NCBI GenBank assembly: GCA_937875855.1
Contig: CALFHF010000203.1
Location: 5,670 to 69,669, forward strand
Source: an uncultured Flavobacteriales bacterium
GTDB lineage: Bacteria; Bacteroidota; Bacteroidia; Flavobacteriales_D; JABDKJ01
Direction of reading: 5' to 3'
DNA: 64,000 bases
Shown here: positions 45,430-55,791 of the stretch, piece by piece
How positions within the stretch are numbered: position 1 is the stretch's first letter
How the letters are laid out: each line of letters starts with the position of its first letter
The notes under the pieces: generated by a model
Seen by the model: only the letters and a program-made list of their open reading frames with translations
The model's database searches: none
What the model was told of the DNA's origin: nothing
Program-made: the position numbers and the translations under genes

Positions 45430-46149
45430 TCAAATCCTCACCACCTCTTTCTCTTCCATCAAGTCCAAATTCTTGAACTTCAGCATCACTTGCGCTATGC
45501 TGATTACATCCCGCTCGCAATATTCCTTGATGCGTTCTAGGTCTTGATCCTCATAATACACTCGGGCTACATCGGCCCCTGTGATGTCGCTCTTAGGGCT
45601 GGAGATTCCTAGGCAATGTGTCAACAAATCAATGGAGGTATAGTGCTTATAGTCCCCGAATTTCCAGAGATCCATAGTATCCAAGTGCTGCACTTCCCAA
45701 GGTTTCTTTCCAGCTAGATCCACTACATCAGGTAGTTTAAGCCCATTAATGATGAAGCGCCTGGCAATGAAGGGGAAATCAAATTCCTTTCCGTTATGGG
45801 CGCATAATAAGGCGTCTCTGTCTCTGAAAAATTTCTTCAGAAGTGCTGTTAAGGATTGAAGAATTCCTTTTTCCTCATGGCCGTATAAGGAGGTGAGCCT
45901 GAAGCTGCGCTCTCCATCTTGTTCGTGAAAATATCCTAAGCTGATGCAGATAATCTTTGCGAATTCAGCATAAATACCAGCTCGCTCATAGATCTCCTCT
46001 GGGCTTTTCTGTTCTCGTTCTTGAATCCAGCGTGTCTTCGCAGTCCATAAATCCATGCTGCGTGGTTCCAGGTCATTAAATTTATAGTGCTCAGGGACGG
46101 TCTCTATGTCCAAGAACAAGATTCTATTTAGGGGGATGTGTGATAGCAT
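45430..46149 (-). CDS. stand-alone 3'-5' exonuclease (RNase H-like fold, PolB-exonuclease-like)
   Basis: ILFLDIETVP (Exo I-like DxE), HNGKEFDFPF (Exo II-like) and YCERDV (Exo III-like). Confidence 0.75.
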   Translation of the reverse strand: MLSHIPLNRILFLDIETVPEHYKFNDLEPRSMDLWTAKTRWIQEREQKSPEEIYERAGIYAEFAKIICISLGYFHEQDGERSFRLTSLYGHEEKGILQSLTALLKKFFRDRDALLCAHNGKEFDFPFIARRFIINGLKLPDVVDLAGKKPWEVQHLDTMDLWKFGDYKHYTSIDLLTHCLGISSPKSDITGADVARVYYEDQDLERIKEYCERDVISIAQVMLKFKNLDLMEEKEVVRI

Positions 46150-46253
46150 ATTGATCTATTAATGCAGCCTAACTCTATTGGAAAGGCTGATATAAGAATA
46201 AGAATTCTATTCGAAATACAGCAGCATGCTATTATTGAACAATGGGATTAGCT

Positions 46254-47231
46254 CTATTCGATGATCAATTTCTCTGAATGAAAAATACCATTAGCCATGT
46301 ACACTTGAACCAAATACATTCCTGGTTCTAGGCCACTTAGCTCTATCCTATCATTGGCAAGAACTCTTTTCTGCAACTTCCCTGAAAGGTCTCTGATTTG
46401 CACCTCTTGAATGTTCAGATGAGCTGTGTTCCTGATGCTGAAATAGTCTTGAGCTGGATTAGGGAAAAGCAGCGTTTGAGTGCGCACTTGTTCCATTATT
46501 CCAACATCCATGTCATCACATAAAGAAGGGTTAGATGCGAATTCGCTATACCTCTGACTCTCATCAGATGACACAGATGAAAAGAGATATAAATCTACTA
46601 CATCCACAAGACAGGTTTGCTCGGTGGCTATAGGAAGAATGTATTCCTCTCCTCCATTAAATTTATGAAAAAGGCCTTTGATTACCTTTCCTGTTCCCAT
46701 TTCTGTGCAATTAGCCCCGTCTACTTCAAACGCATAGTGGTAATACATTACCGGTCTGTCTTCTCCAGTGAGGTCTGTTAAGCCTACACTATCTACAGTA
46801 AATACCATCTCCCAAGACTGCTCGAGCCAATAGGTAGGTTCTATGGGAGTGGTCCATTGATCACCCACTTGTGCATTGAAATTGGCCAACAAATGCTTTT
46901 CCTCATTCTTGAAAAACCAAGTGCTATCTCCATTTGATGTCAGATAAATGCTTGGCAGTTCATCCATACCTTGGGATATAGTATCTCCGTCAAAGTTCAG
47001 CATAAAATGCCTGTAGGTTCCTTCAAGAATTTGATAGGAATCCCCTGCAATAAGCGAATCCCCTGTATAGATCCATTCTACACACCCTTGAGTATCTCCA
47101 CTCCATCCACCTCCGAAAATTGTTTTCTCAAAACGGATATTCATTCCTTCTTCAACCCATTGCTGAGCTGACGCACTGAACTGGATAAAACCAATACTGA
47201 TTAGTAGAAATAAATGATGCGCTTTATCCAT
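46254..47231 (-). CDS. secreted protein with a T9SS type A C-terminal sorting domain
   Basis: Signal peptide LFLLISIGFIQFSASAQ. C-terminal LLFPNPAQDYFSI...IRDLSGKL...LEPGMYLVQV...EKLIIE. Confidence 0.8.
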   Translation of the reverse strand: MDKAHHLFLLISIGFIQFSASAQQWVEEGMNIRFEKTIFGGGWSGDTQGCVEWIYTGDSLIAGDSYQILEGTYRHFMLNFDGDTISQGMDELPSIYLTSNGDSTWFFKNEEKHLLANFNAQVGDQWTTPIEPTYWLEQSWEMVFTVDSVGLTDLTGEDRPVMYYHYAFEVDGANCTEMGTGKVIKGLFHKFNGGEEYILPIATEQTCLVDVVDLYLFSSVSSDESQRYSEFASNPSLCDDMDVGIMEQVRTQTLLFPNPAQDYFSIRNTAHLNIQEVQIRDLSGKLQKRVLANDRIELSGLEPGMYLVQVYMANGIFHSEKLIIE

Positions 47232-47338
47232 GGGAATGAGTATTTATGATGGTTCAAAACAATCCATGTCTGAATCTAGGAACAAATACCTTTTGACCTT
47301 AAAATAAATACGTGTACTCCTTTGCAGTCCTAGTGAAT

Positions 47339-47860
47339 TTACTCTTTGCCCAGAAAGAGGAGCTTCAGCTCCGTAGCTTCACTGGGTTTCATCCTTCCTG
47401 CAAGGATCAAGGCAAGTTGTTTTCTTCTTAATGCGCCATCGTATCTTTCCTTTTCCAGTTCTGTTTCTGGAACCAGCTCAGGCACTTCTATAGGGCCCGT
47501 GTTCTGATCTACCGCTACGAAAGTGTAAATGCTCTCATTGCTCTTGATCTGCTTGCCTGTGATGTGGTCTTCTACCCATACGTCAGAGTACACTTCCATG
47601 GAGGAATTGAAAGAACGAGAGACTTTAGATTCTATGGTGACTATATCCCCAAGGCGAATAGGTCTATTGAATGAGACGTTATTCACGGAGGCTGTCACTA
47701 CTACTCTGCGGCAATGACGATGCGCAGCTATAGCTGCGTTGATGTCCATCCAGTTCAGGAGCCATCCTCCCATGAGGTTCCCCAGGGTATTCGTCTCATT
47801 GGGCATTACGATACGCGTAGCTATGGCCAAGGTCTCTTGGGCAGTCTTTTTCTTTCTCAT
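47339..47860 (-). CDS. acyl-CoA thioesterase (hotdog fold, YciA-like)
   Basis: IVMPNETNTLGNLMGGWLLNWMD ... VVTASVNNVSFNRPIRLGD is typical of the 4HBT/YciA family. Confidence 0.82.
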   Translation of the reverse strand: MRKKKTAQETLAIATRIVMPNETNTLGNLMGGWLLNWMDINAAIAAHRHCRRVVVTASVNNVSFNRPIRLGDIVTIESKVSRSFNSSMEVYSDVWVEDHITGKQIKSNESIYTFVAVDQNTGPIEVPELVPETELEKERYDGALRRKQLALILAGRMKPSEATELKLLFLGKE

Positions 47861-47873
47861 GAATCAAGATTTA

Positions 47874-48284
47874 TTATTGGGCATCAGCCGCTTTCCCGTC
47901 ACGCAATCCTTGGATCCATGCCCTGGCATGTTCTTGATCAGGAAAGAGTCTCACAGGGCGACCAGGGCGATTAAAACGTATGAAGAAATTGGCAGCCATC
48001 TCGTGGTTGTAATCAGCCCTGATGATTGCATCAGCGAAGCAAATCTTATCGAACTCATCTGAACTGGCGTAATCTCTGGCTTCTTGCGTCAAACGCGTCC
48101 CTGGCTCGGTCTTCACTACGAGGTAGCATTTCTTTCCGGCCAAGTGTTCTACGGCCCAATCATGCAGTTGAGCTACCGTATCCTTCCCTATTTCATGCGC
48201 TAACTGAATGAAATGGAACTCGAGCAAATCCGTCTTTAGGAAGGTTGCTCTTACGTCTTCTAATATAATCTGGTCTGAAGCCAA
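47874..48284 (-). CDS. hypothetical protein
   Basis: 136 aa, no signal peptide and no recognisable motif. It ends 13 nt before the thioesterase start. Confidence 0.6.
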   Translation of the reverse strand: MASDQIILEDVRATFLKTDLLEFHFIQLAHEIGKDTVAQLHDWAVEHLAGKKCYLVVKTEPGTRLTQEARDYASSDEFDKICFADAIIRADYNHEMAANFFIRFNRPGRPVRLFPDQEHARAWIQGLRDGKAADAQ

Positions 48285-48328
48285 TGTTTTGTCCTTTCTA
48301 AAGGTTCCTATGACAGGAACGTTTCTCC

Positions 48329-49417
48329 TTACGGTTTCTTATGCAATAACCATGCATCTGATTGATGCTCTTGTTTCACGGCATACAACGCATCCAATGC
48401 GATGCCGCGATCAGGATAACTCCCGAAGACTACGCGATTCAATCCTTCCTTGTTATCAAAGATATAGGCGTCAAATCCCTGTGCTCTCAGGTCTTTCACA
48501 AATTTCTCTGCATTAGCCAGTTCTGAAAAACAACCGCCTACCACGTGGTACTCTAACAGAATAGGTCGTGGTGGTGCTACGTACGTGCTCTCAGGAGCAG
48601 CTTCTAGGTTCGTTTCTTTTAAGATGATAGGTCCGTCTGATTCTATCAATGTGATGCTGCCCTCCAAGGGCTCAGGGCTCATGTCAGGTGCTTCAAACTC
48701 TGTGCTTCCACTGCGTTCTGTGTAATGCATAGCCACACTGTCATTGAAAGGATTAAGTTCTGAGAGCTGATTTTTCATAGTAGGAACGGCATCGCTGTTC
48801 ATCACGGCATAAGCTCCCAATAGAAATAGTGGAATCACTGCCGCAGCTACCCAATATCCTCTTCGCTTCTTCTCTTCTTCAGCCACTTCTATGATTGGCA
48901 AAACATCTTCCTCCATCACCGTGATAGGCACAATAGGCGTTTCTACCTTCTCCTCAACAATAGGAGAAAGTGGAATCTCTACTTTCTCTGTTTCCTTAGC
49001 ATGAATAGTCTTCAAGCGGAAGGAGTCAAGCAGGAAATTCACAGATTGATAGGGATGGAAGCGCAAGCGCTCATGGCTATCCAAATACAGGACACCTACT
49101 TTTTCAAAGAGAACTCGCTCTCCCTTATTCAGTTGCGTGAAGTAACTCTCTACTGATTCTTTGAGCAGGCTGTTCGCTTCTTCATGGCTAATTTCTTTCG
49201 CACTTGCGATTGCATTGGCCAAGAGACCATCGTTTTTCTTCAAGCTGTTATTGAACCTAAGTTCCTTGCTTGGAGGATGTAACAGATTGAGTTCCTTATC
49301 GATATGAGCCGGACGGTAGTCGGTCACGAAACCGCCTAATTCAGGCACGATCACGCAATCATAATGATGCAATAGATCGTGGATTTGCTCGGCTATATGT
49401 GGGTCTGATCCCTTCAC
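48329..49417 (-). CDS. SPOR-domain (peptidoglycan-binding) protein with HU-like N-terminal repeats and one TM
   Basis: N-terminal VIVPELGGFVTDY.../ERVLFEKVGVLY (HU-like). TM YWVAAAVIPLFLLGAYAV. C-terminal YHVVGGCFSELANAEKFVKDLRAQGFDAYIF (SPOR). Confidence 0.78.
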   Translation of the reverse strand: MKGSDPHIAEQIHDLLHHYDCVIVPELGGFVTDYRPAHIDKELNLLHPPSKELRFNNSLKKNDGLLANAIASAKEISHEEANSLLKESVESYFTQLNKGERVLFEKVGVLYLDSHERLRFHPYQSVNFLLDSFRLKTIHAKETEKVEIPLSPIVEEKVETPIVPITVMEEDVLPIIEVAEEEKKRRGYWVAAAVIPLFLLGAYAVMNSDAVPTMKNQLSELNPFNDSVAMHYTERSGSTEFEAPDMSPEPLEGSITLIESDGPIILKETNLEAAPESTYVAPPRPILLEYHVVGGCFSELANAEKFVKDLRAQGFDAYIFDNKEGLNRVVFGSYPDRGIALDALYAVKQEHQSDAWLLHKKP

Positions 49418-49449
49418 TGCGCTAAGGTAGTGATTCGCTATGTTCTAGC

Positions 49450-50175
49450 TCAAGATAAAAGGCTTCTTACCCGTTCTAGATCCTCAGGCGTATCTACTCC
49501 AATGGGTGCGTTAAGCACCTGAGCCGCATGGATCCTATAGCCATGTTCTAACCAGCGCAGTTGTTCTAGAGATTCTTTTTTCTCCAAAGGACTGGGCGCA
49601 AGGGCTGATATTTCCAATAAAACTTCCTTCCTATACGCATACACTCCTATGTGCTGAAAACAACCTTGAAGATTCTCTGTGTCTCCTCGGTCATGCGGAA
49701 CAGGACTACGAGAGAAATACAAGGCTCTACCTTCTTTAGATAGCACCGCCTTCACCCGGTTAGGGTCTTGAAAATCTTGAATCCTTCTGAATGGACTGAC
49801 CAAGGTCCCAATATCTATACCCTTCTCAAAGAGGCGAATCAAAGGCTCTAAATGGCTTGCCTCTATAGTAGGTTCATCGCCTTGGACGTTCAGAATGACC
49901 TCCGCATCACTTTGAAGAATTTCTACCGCTTCTCTAATGCGATCTGTACCTGAGATATGATCTCCTGAGGTCATCACAGCTTTCCCTCCGAACTGCTCCA
50001 CAGCCTTGAAAATACGCTCATCATCTGTAGCGACTACTGTTTCATGAATTAGAGGAGAGGCGTTTGTTCTTTCCCAGACCCATTGAATCATAGGCTTTCC
50101 ATGAATCATACTCAGTGGCTTTCCTGGCAAACGTGTTGAGGCATAACGTGAAGGTATGACGGCAAGGACTTTCAT
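49450..50175 (-). CDS. kdsB: 3-deoxy-manno-octulosonate cytidylyltransferase (CMP-Kdo synthetase)
   Basis: IPSRYASTRLPGKPL, QGDEP and LEQLRWLE motifs. ATG 50175-50173 shares one base with the upstream TGA (TGATG). Confidence 0.9.
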   Translation of the reverse strand: MKVLAVIPSRYASTRLPGKPLSMIHGKPMIQWVWERTNASPLIHETVVATDDERIFKAVEQFGGKAVMTSGDHISGTDRIREAVEILQSDAEVILNVQGDEPTIEASHLEPLIRLFEKGIDIGTLVSPFRRIQDFQDPNRVKAVLSKEGRALYFSRSPVPHDRGDTENLQGCFQHIGVYAYRKEVLLEISALAPSPLEKKESLEQLRWLEHGYRIHAAQVLNAPIGVDTPEDLERVRSLLS

Positions 50176-52604
50176 CAAAACTGAAAACTCAATTGGATAA
50201 TTACTCTTCTATTTCTTTCCAAGGCTAATGGTCTGATGGCGTATTCCCTATTGAATACATTATCTACAATCAGACTTACCCTATGTTTCTCAGCAAAAGT
50301 ATACCCGATACGCGCATCCATAATCAAGTCTCCCTTGTCATGTTCATCTCTCCACTGCGTTACACCCGTTACCAGAAGACCATCTTCATCCAAGCTCTCG
50401 AAGATTCTGTCAATGTTCTTCATGTAGCTGTTATACCTCAGGCTAATTCCCGTGTTCACCGCGCCAGTCTGCAAGTCCAGATTCATCTTGGCTATATGTT
50501 GCATACGGTATTTCAGAATTGCCCCGTCCCTATCTGAAGAAGAGGAGTAATAGGTCACCGCATTAAATTCTGAAACAGGGATTCCTGTGGCATGGCTTCG
50601 AGCATAGACGTAATCTGCATTTTTTGAAAAAGGCTTAGAATATGTATAGCCCATGAGAATGGTCAAGCTGCTCTGCTTGCTTAGATCTCCTTTGGCCGCG
50701 ATGCTCAATTCATATCCATTCACTTGCGCTTTTCCTGTGTTCAACGAAGTAAAGCCCAGCCCAAGAAAATTATCAAAGGAGGACGTATCAGCCCATTGTC
50801 CGAATGTGAATTCTATGAAGTCCTTGAAGTCCTGTCTAAACATGACCAGATCTATATATCCCTTGAAATCTCCAATCGCGAAGCCCTGCTTAACTCCTAC
50901 TTCCATATTTGTAGAAGTCTCTGCTTGCAAGGTCGGATTAGGATAAATAGTCAAGGTGCCCACGCTTGTAGTAATGAAACGCTCTCCTATAGTTGGGAAT
51001 CTGAATCCTTGACCATAACTCGCTCTGAAGAAAGTTCCTCTTCCTACTTGCACATTGACCCCGCTGCGGAATACGGGTTTTGACTCTTCTTCTTTATCTA
51101 CAGTAAATCTCTCCCAGCGCATCCCTAGGTTCAGATTCACCCGTTGCCACAGCTCTTTATCAGCTTGAACATAAGCCCCCAGGTTCGTGGATTCATGGGT
51201 GTTTTGTTGACCTAGGTTGGTAAATAATTCTGATTCGCTGGTGTTCAATGTATACGCCAATCCTGAAACCAAATGCAATCCCTTCACTCCCAATTGTTCT
51301 CCATTCAGTTGATATTGAAGCTCTTGAAAATAACTATCAGAGAAGTTTCCTTGGTTGTTGTCATTGTCATTATCTAGCTTGTTCCAATTTGCTTTATAAA
51401 CCCATTTATTTCCGCCTTTGGTCAAATACTCTGCATAAGGATTCACTCCAGTTCTTACTTGCCGAGTTGTAGTAGCGCTGCCATCCACAGCTTTATAAAG
51501 ACCTGTGTCAATGTTGTCCCATAACAATGCCGCCACGCTTATGCTCTTCATTCCGCTCAAGGTGATTCCGTATCGGAATCCTTTGACCAATTTACTCTTG
51601 TGTTCCAGTTTCACCCAGCCTCTTGCCCAGCGCTCGGCTGCGTAATAATTAGCTGATCCTACATTTGAACTCGCATTGAAATTTCCTAGACTGTCCACGA
51701 TGGGCCCAAGGTGACCATCATCGCTTATTAGATTCACACTCGCCACTATATCCGTATTGCCAACCCGTTGTGAATGGAGAATGGTGCGCCCCGCGGTCAT
51801 ATTCGAGCTTCCCCAGTAGTCGTTTCCCTTACTCGCTGGTCGAGCATATGCTCCATTGAAAAAATCAAAACGGGTATACGGTTTATCCTTGGGATACATG
51901 GTTCGCAGGTGAACGACTCCGCTTAAAGCAGCACTTCCATACAGCACCGATGAGGCTCCCTTAATCACTTCTACTTGTTCCACCGCTTCCATGGGAAGAC
52001 TGCTCCAGGTAGGGCGGCCTATGTCACCACTGAGCTGAGGAACGCCATCTAACAGAACGGCAACCCTGCTTCCCGCTCCAAAACTATATCCGCTCCCTGA
52101 GCGTATCTGAGGTTCATTATCTACGATAATCATCCCTGGAACTTCTCGCAAGGCTTCATCCAGAGTAATCAGATTCTTATTGCGAACTAATTGGGGTGAA
52201 AGCACTTCCATAGACACGGTAACCTTAGCCACTTCTTGATCATAGCGTCCTGCGCTCACCACCACCTGATCAAGCATCAAGGTGGATCTTTTCAATTTTA
52301 TGGCGAGTTCATTGACCAACGGAAACTCCAGCTTAACTGTCTGTTTTTCATAGCCTACCATCTTGAACTGAAGTTCGGTGTTGGCTTTAGGAATATCCAG
52401 AGCGAACCTTCCCTGAATATCGGTCACAGCTCCTGATTTCTCACTTAGGAGTATGTAGACTCCTGGAAGAGCTTGTCCATCTTCTTGATCTATGACTTGT
52501 CCTTTCACTTGAACCATGTCTTGAGCCTGAATGGTTCCAAATGTTCCCACGGCTAGAAAAAGCAGTATCCAAGGGATGAATAAATGGGGGTTTTTTCTGT
52601 GCAT
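50175..52604 (-). CDS. TonB-dependent receptor with a CarboxypepD_reg-like N-terminal domain
   Basis: Signal peptide. VKGQVIDQEDGQALPGVYILL...TDIQGRFAL. Plug (VPGMIIV...IRSGSG) and a barrel ending ...IIQLSFQF. Confidence 0.85.
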   Translation of the reverse strand: MHRKNPHLFIPWILLFLAVGTFGTIQAQDMVQVKGQVIDQEDGQALPGVYILLSEKSGAVTDIQGRFALDIPKANTELQFKMVGYEKQTVKLEFPLVNELAIKLKRSTLMLDQVVVSAGRYDQEVAKVTVSMEVLSPQLVRNKNLITLDEALREVPGMIIVDNEPQIRSGSGYSFGAGSRVAVLLDGVPQLSGDIGRPTWSSLPMEAVEQVEVIKGASSVLYGSAALSGVVHLRTMYPKDKPYTRFDFFNGAYARPASKGNDYWGSSNMTAGRTILHSQRVGNTDIVASVNLISDDGHLGPIVDSLGNFNASSNVGSANYYAAERWARGWVKLEHKSKLVKGFRYGITLSGMKSISVAALLWDNIDTGLYKAVDGSATTTRQVRTGVNPYAEYLTKGGNKWVYKANWNKLDNDNDNNQGNFSDSYFQELQYQLNGEQLGVKGLHLVSGLAYTLNTSESELFTNLGQQNTHESTNLGAYVQADKELWQRVNLNLGMRWERFTVDKEEESKPVFRSGVNVQVGRGTFFRASYGQGFRFPTIGERFITTSVGTLTIYPNPTLQAETSTNMEVGVKQGFAIGDFKGYIDLVMFRQDFKDFIEFTFGQWADTSSFDNFLGLGFTSLNTGKAQVNGYELSIAAKGDLSKQSSLTILMGYTYSKPFSKNADYVYARSHATGIPVSEFNAVTYYSSSSDRDGAILKYRMQHIAKMNLDLQTGAVNTGISLRYNSYMKNIDRIFESLDEDGLLVTGVTQWRDEHDKGDLIMDARIGYTFAEKHRVSLIVDNVFNREYAIRPLALERNRRVIIQLSFQF

Positions 52605-52669
52605 AAGGACAATGATACAAAGGAATCTTTCATCTCATCAGCACGGGGAAAGGAATGCAAAGTGCGGAT

Positions 52670-53782
52670 TCAGAATATCTTAGAGCTTGTGCCAGACTTG
52701 ATGTGAAGATCACGCTGTGGGAAAGGAATCTGGACATCGTTCTCTTTGAATGCTTTATTGACAGCGAAGCGGATATCACTTTTCAATACTTCCACATCCC
52801 AAGAACGATAGGCCCAGAAATACAATCCAAAATCAAGTGAAGATTCCCCGAAATCCTCGAAGCGTACCGAGATGGGTCTGTTCTTGCTTACGTCTGGATG
52901 AGAGAGCGCACATTGATAGAGTAATTCTCGCACCTTTTCCACATCAGATCCATAGGCTACTCCTAAATTGATATTGAATCGGGAAAGATCACTACCATGG
53001 CTCCAGTTATTGAGGTTCTCTGAAGTCAGTTTTCTGTTAGGTACAACTATGATGTTACCATCTCTAGTAATAATCTTAGAGGTTCGCACATCTATGCGCA
53101 CCACTCGCGCAATGATTCCATCAAATTCAATTACATCGCCTACTTGGAAAGTACCTTCAAAAAGGATGATAAAGCCAGAGATGAGGTCATCAAAAACGTG
53201 CTGCAATCCCAATCCAACTCCCACCAAAAGCGCTGCAGACCCAACTACGAGAGCATTCAGATTAACCCCGGCACTGTTCGCGGCAATTACAAATGCAATC
53301 ACATAACCAAAGTATTTGACCAGCTTGACCATCGTGAATCGCTGTCCAGCATCTAATCGCTTATTGTTGGAAAGCGCTCTGCTTAGCAGGCTAGCAATCA
53401 ACTTAATTGTCAAGCGTGCGATAATCAGAATAACAATGAACGTGAGTATGCTTCCTACGGAGATGTTTAATCCTCCTTCCATCTTGGAAGAGACCAATTT
53501 AAAGTCGAGGAAGCGTGACCAGGTCTCATCTAGATCCAGGCAATATATGACCCCTAAAGATGCCATGAGAATAACAACAAGCCTGCTGATGTTATATATC
53601 ATATCAGCTCGCTCAGTATCCATCCAATCCCTTGATTTCAGTGTCTTGAAAATGAAAGCTTTGATTAATTTAAGGAATAGGCGTGTACCCACTATGATGA
53701 CCACCATGAGAAATACACTGCCCATAGAAATGGGATTTCCAAGAAAATCGAAAAGGGTTTTTTGGAGAAATTCGTTGATCAT
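52670..53782 (-). CDS. mechanosensitive ion channel family protein (MscS-like)
   Basis: Multiple N-terminal TMs followed by the conserved MscS core (FILFEGTFQVGDVIEFDGIIARVVRIDVRTSKIITRDGNIIVVPN). Confidence 0.85.
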   Translation of the reverse strand: MINEFLQKTLFDFLGNPISMGSVFLMVVIIVGTRLFLKLIKAFIFKTLKSRDWMDTERADMIYNISRLVVILMASLGVIYCLDLDETWSRFLDFKLVSSKMEGGLNISVGSILTFIVILIIARLTIKLIASLLSRALSNNKRLDAGQRFTMVKLVKYFGYVIAFVIAANSAGVNLNALVVGSAALLVGVGLGLQHVFDDLISGFIILFEGTFQVGDVIEFDGIIARVVRIDVRTSKIITRDGNIIVVPNRKLTSENLNNWSHGSDLSRFNINLGVAYGSDVEKVRELLYQCALSHPDVSKNRPISVRFEDFGESSLDFGLYFWAYRSWDVEVLKSDIRFAVNKAFKENDVQIPFPQRDLHIKSGTSSKIF

Positions 53783-55782
53783 AGATTCACAATTACAGAT
53801 CCGAAATAACTGCTCAATTTCGCTTTCATACCATTCAAAACAGATAATCTTGTCAACGCCTCTTGCATGCCCTCAGGGTCTGATTTCAAAGAATGCATTG
53901 TAGTCTGTGTTTCCTTCATCATCTGCATCACGGTGCGCAGTCTGAGTCTGTTCAATGCTTCATCAGCCATGCGCTGAAGTTGCTCTGTTTCTGCTTTGGG
54001 ATAGATTTTTCGCTCGCTCCATCTGTGAAGTGTATACTTCTCAGTGGTAAGATCAGCCACTACTTTGTTAATGCTTACATCCGGATGTCGCTCTAGATGT
54101 TGCACCATCAATTCCCGCTCTTCAACGAAGGCTGACTGGAAGATCGTCCAAATCTTAGCATACTTTGCATCCTTGAATACGATGTGCTTTTCTTCACACA
54201 GTTCTTCCAAGATATAGCGCTGAACGGTTATCTCCTCTGTTTCCTCCTCCCCCGCCTCATCCTTAAAACTCAAGGTCATTATCTTATTCCCGTGATTCAA
54301 TAATATGCGGATGATATCACGCTCTTGTTCTTGCTGCTCATTTGTGTCCAGAATGGAATCTTGCACGGGCATATCCATGTCAGTAGGATATTCTTCGCTA
54401 GGTGGCGGAGGCATTTCCTCCTCTCTGTTTTGTGAAAACTGACTTGCTCTTGTGTTTTCCTTCTGTCTATCAGAATCCAGTTTTCTAAGGGCCTTGTTAA
54501 TCTCATTGTTTAAAGTCTGCTGGTCAATACCCAAGCGTAATGCCATCTCCTGGGTTTTCAGATTACGCTCAATACGATCAGAAAAAAGGGCGAGACTTCG
54601 CACGATTTCTTGAATGGCTTTGCTGCGTTCAATAGGATCTTTTCCTGCAGCGCTAAGAAGACTGTCAGAGATGAACTGGAAGGCGTCTTGCGAATGCTCT
54701 TTCAGGTATTCCGTCATGCCATCAGCTCCTAATCTCTGTGAAAGTGAGTCAGGGTCTTCTCCCTCAGGAAGCTTTGTGGCCCTCACCTTCATGCCTTCTT
54801 CAAGCAAGATGTCTATTCCGCGCAAGGAGGCTTTCATACCCGCATTGTCACTGTCATAGATTAAGGTGACATTAGGTGTATACCTTCTGATAAGTCTTAC
54901 CTGCTCTACCGTCAATGATGTTCCGCTCGATGCGACTACATTCTCAACCCCCGCCTGATGCATCGATATCACATCCATATATCCTTCAGTGATGTAACAT
55001 AGGTCTTGCTTGACGATGGCTGATTTCGATTCGAAAAGACCGTAGAGCAGTTTGCTCTTATTGTATATCTGGCTTTCAGGGCTATTAAAGTACTTGGCGA
55101 TGTTCTTATCGCTGCGTAATGTTCTAGCCCCAAATCCCACTCCGCGTCCTGAGATGCTTCGAATGGGGAATATGACTCTGCCATGAAAGAAATCAAAGAT
55201 TCCATGATGGCCATCCTTGACAATCCCCGTCTGCACGAGCAATTCTTTCTTATAGCCCTTATCCATGGCCATAGCGTGGAAGGTTCGCTCAGGGCCTTCA
55301 GGGCAATAGCCAAGCACGAAGCGCTCGATCATGGCCTGATCCATTCCACGTTCTTTGAAATAACTGAGGCCTATGCTCCTTCCTTCCTCATCTTCCAACA
55401 TATTATTATGGAAGTATTTCAAGGCCAAGTCAGTGATGAGCATGAGGCTCTCACGCTCATCTGAAGCTTGCCTTTCTTCAGGGCTGAGCTCTTTCTCCTC
55501 TATTTCAATCTGGAATTTTCCTGCAAGATGTCGCAGCGCATCTGGATAGCTCAAATGTTCATGCTCCATAATGAAGCCAACCGAGTTTCCTCCTTTGCCA
55601 CAACCAAAGCATTTGAATAATCCTTTTGCAGGCGAAACAGTGAATGATGGTGTCTTCTCATTATGAAAAGGACAGAGCCCAATGAGATTAGCTCCCCTGC
55701 GCTTCAAGTGCACGAAGTCTCCCACCACCAACTCGATATGGGCCCTCTCGAATATTTCTTGAACGGTTTCTTGCTTAATCAT
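53779..55782 (-). CDS. dnaG: DNA primase
   Basis: Zinc-binding CPFHNEKTPSFTVSPAKGLFKCFGCG, Toprim EGYMDV...DSDNAG and a long C-terminal domain. ATG 55782 (MIKQETVQEIF) is preferred over the track start 55809. Confidence 0.92.
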   Translation of the reverse strand: MIKQETVQEIFERAHIELVVGDFVHLKRRGANLIGLCPFHNEKTPSFTVSPAKGLFKCFGCGKGGNSVGFIMEHEHLSYPDALRHLAGKFQIEIEEKELSPEERQASDERESLMLITDLALKYFHNNMLEDEEGRSIGLSYFKERGMDQAMIERFVLGYCPEGPERTFHAMAMDKGYKKELLVQTGIVKDGHHGIFDFFHGRVIFPIRSISGRGVGFGARTLRSDKNIAKYFNSPESQIYNKSKLLYGLFESKSAIVKQDLCYITEGYMDVISMHQAGVENVVASSGTSLTVEQVRLIRRYTPNVTLIYDSDNAGMKASLRGIDILLEEGMKVRATKLPEGEDPDSLSQRLGADGMTEYLKEHSQDAFQFISDSLLSAAGKDPIERSKAIQEIVRSLALFSDRIERNLKTQEMALRLGIDQQTLNNEINKALRKLDSDRQKENTRASQFSQNREEEMPPPPSEEYPTDMDMPVQDSILDTNEQQEQERDIIRILLNHGNKIMTLSFKDEAGEEETEEITVQRYILEELCEEKHIVFKDAKYAKIWTIFQSAFVEERELMVQHLERHPDVSINKVVADLTTEKYTLHRWSERKIYPKAETEQLQRMADEALNRLRLRTVMQMMKETQTTMHSLKSDPEGMQEALTRLSVLNGMKAKLSSYFGSVIVNL

Positions 55783-55791
55783 GAGCGTTGA

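Noticed and set aside
53316-53903. 195-aa plus-strand ORF
   Set aside because: Antisense to the mscS/dnaG junction. Low-complexity composition and no recognisable domain.
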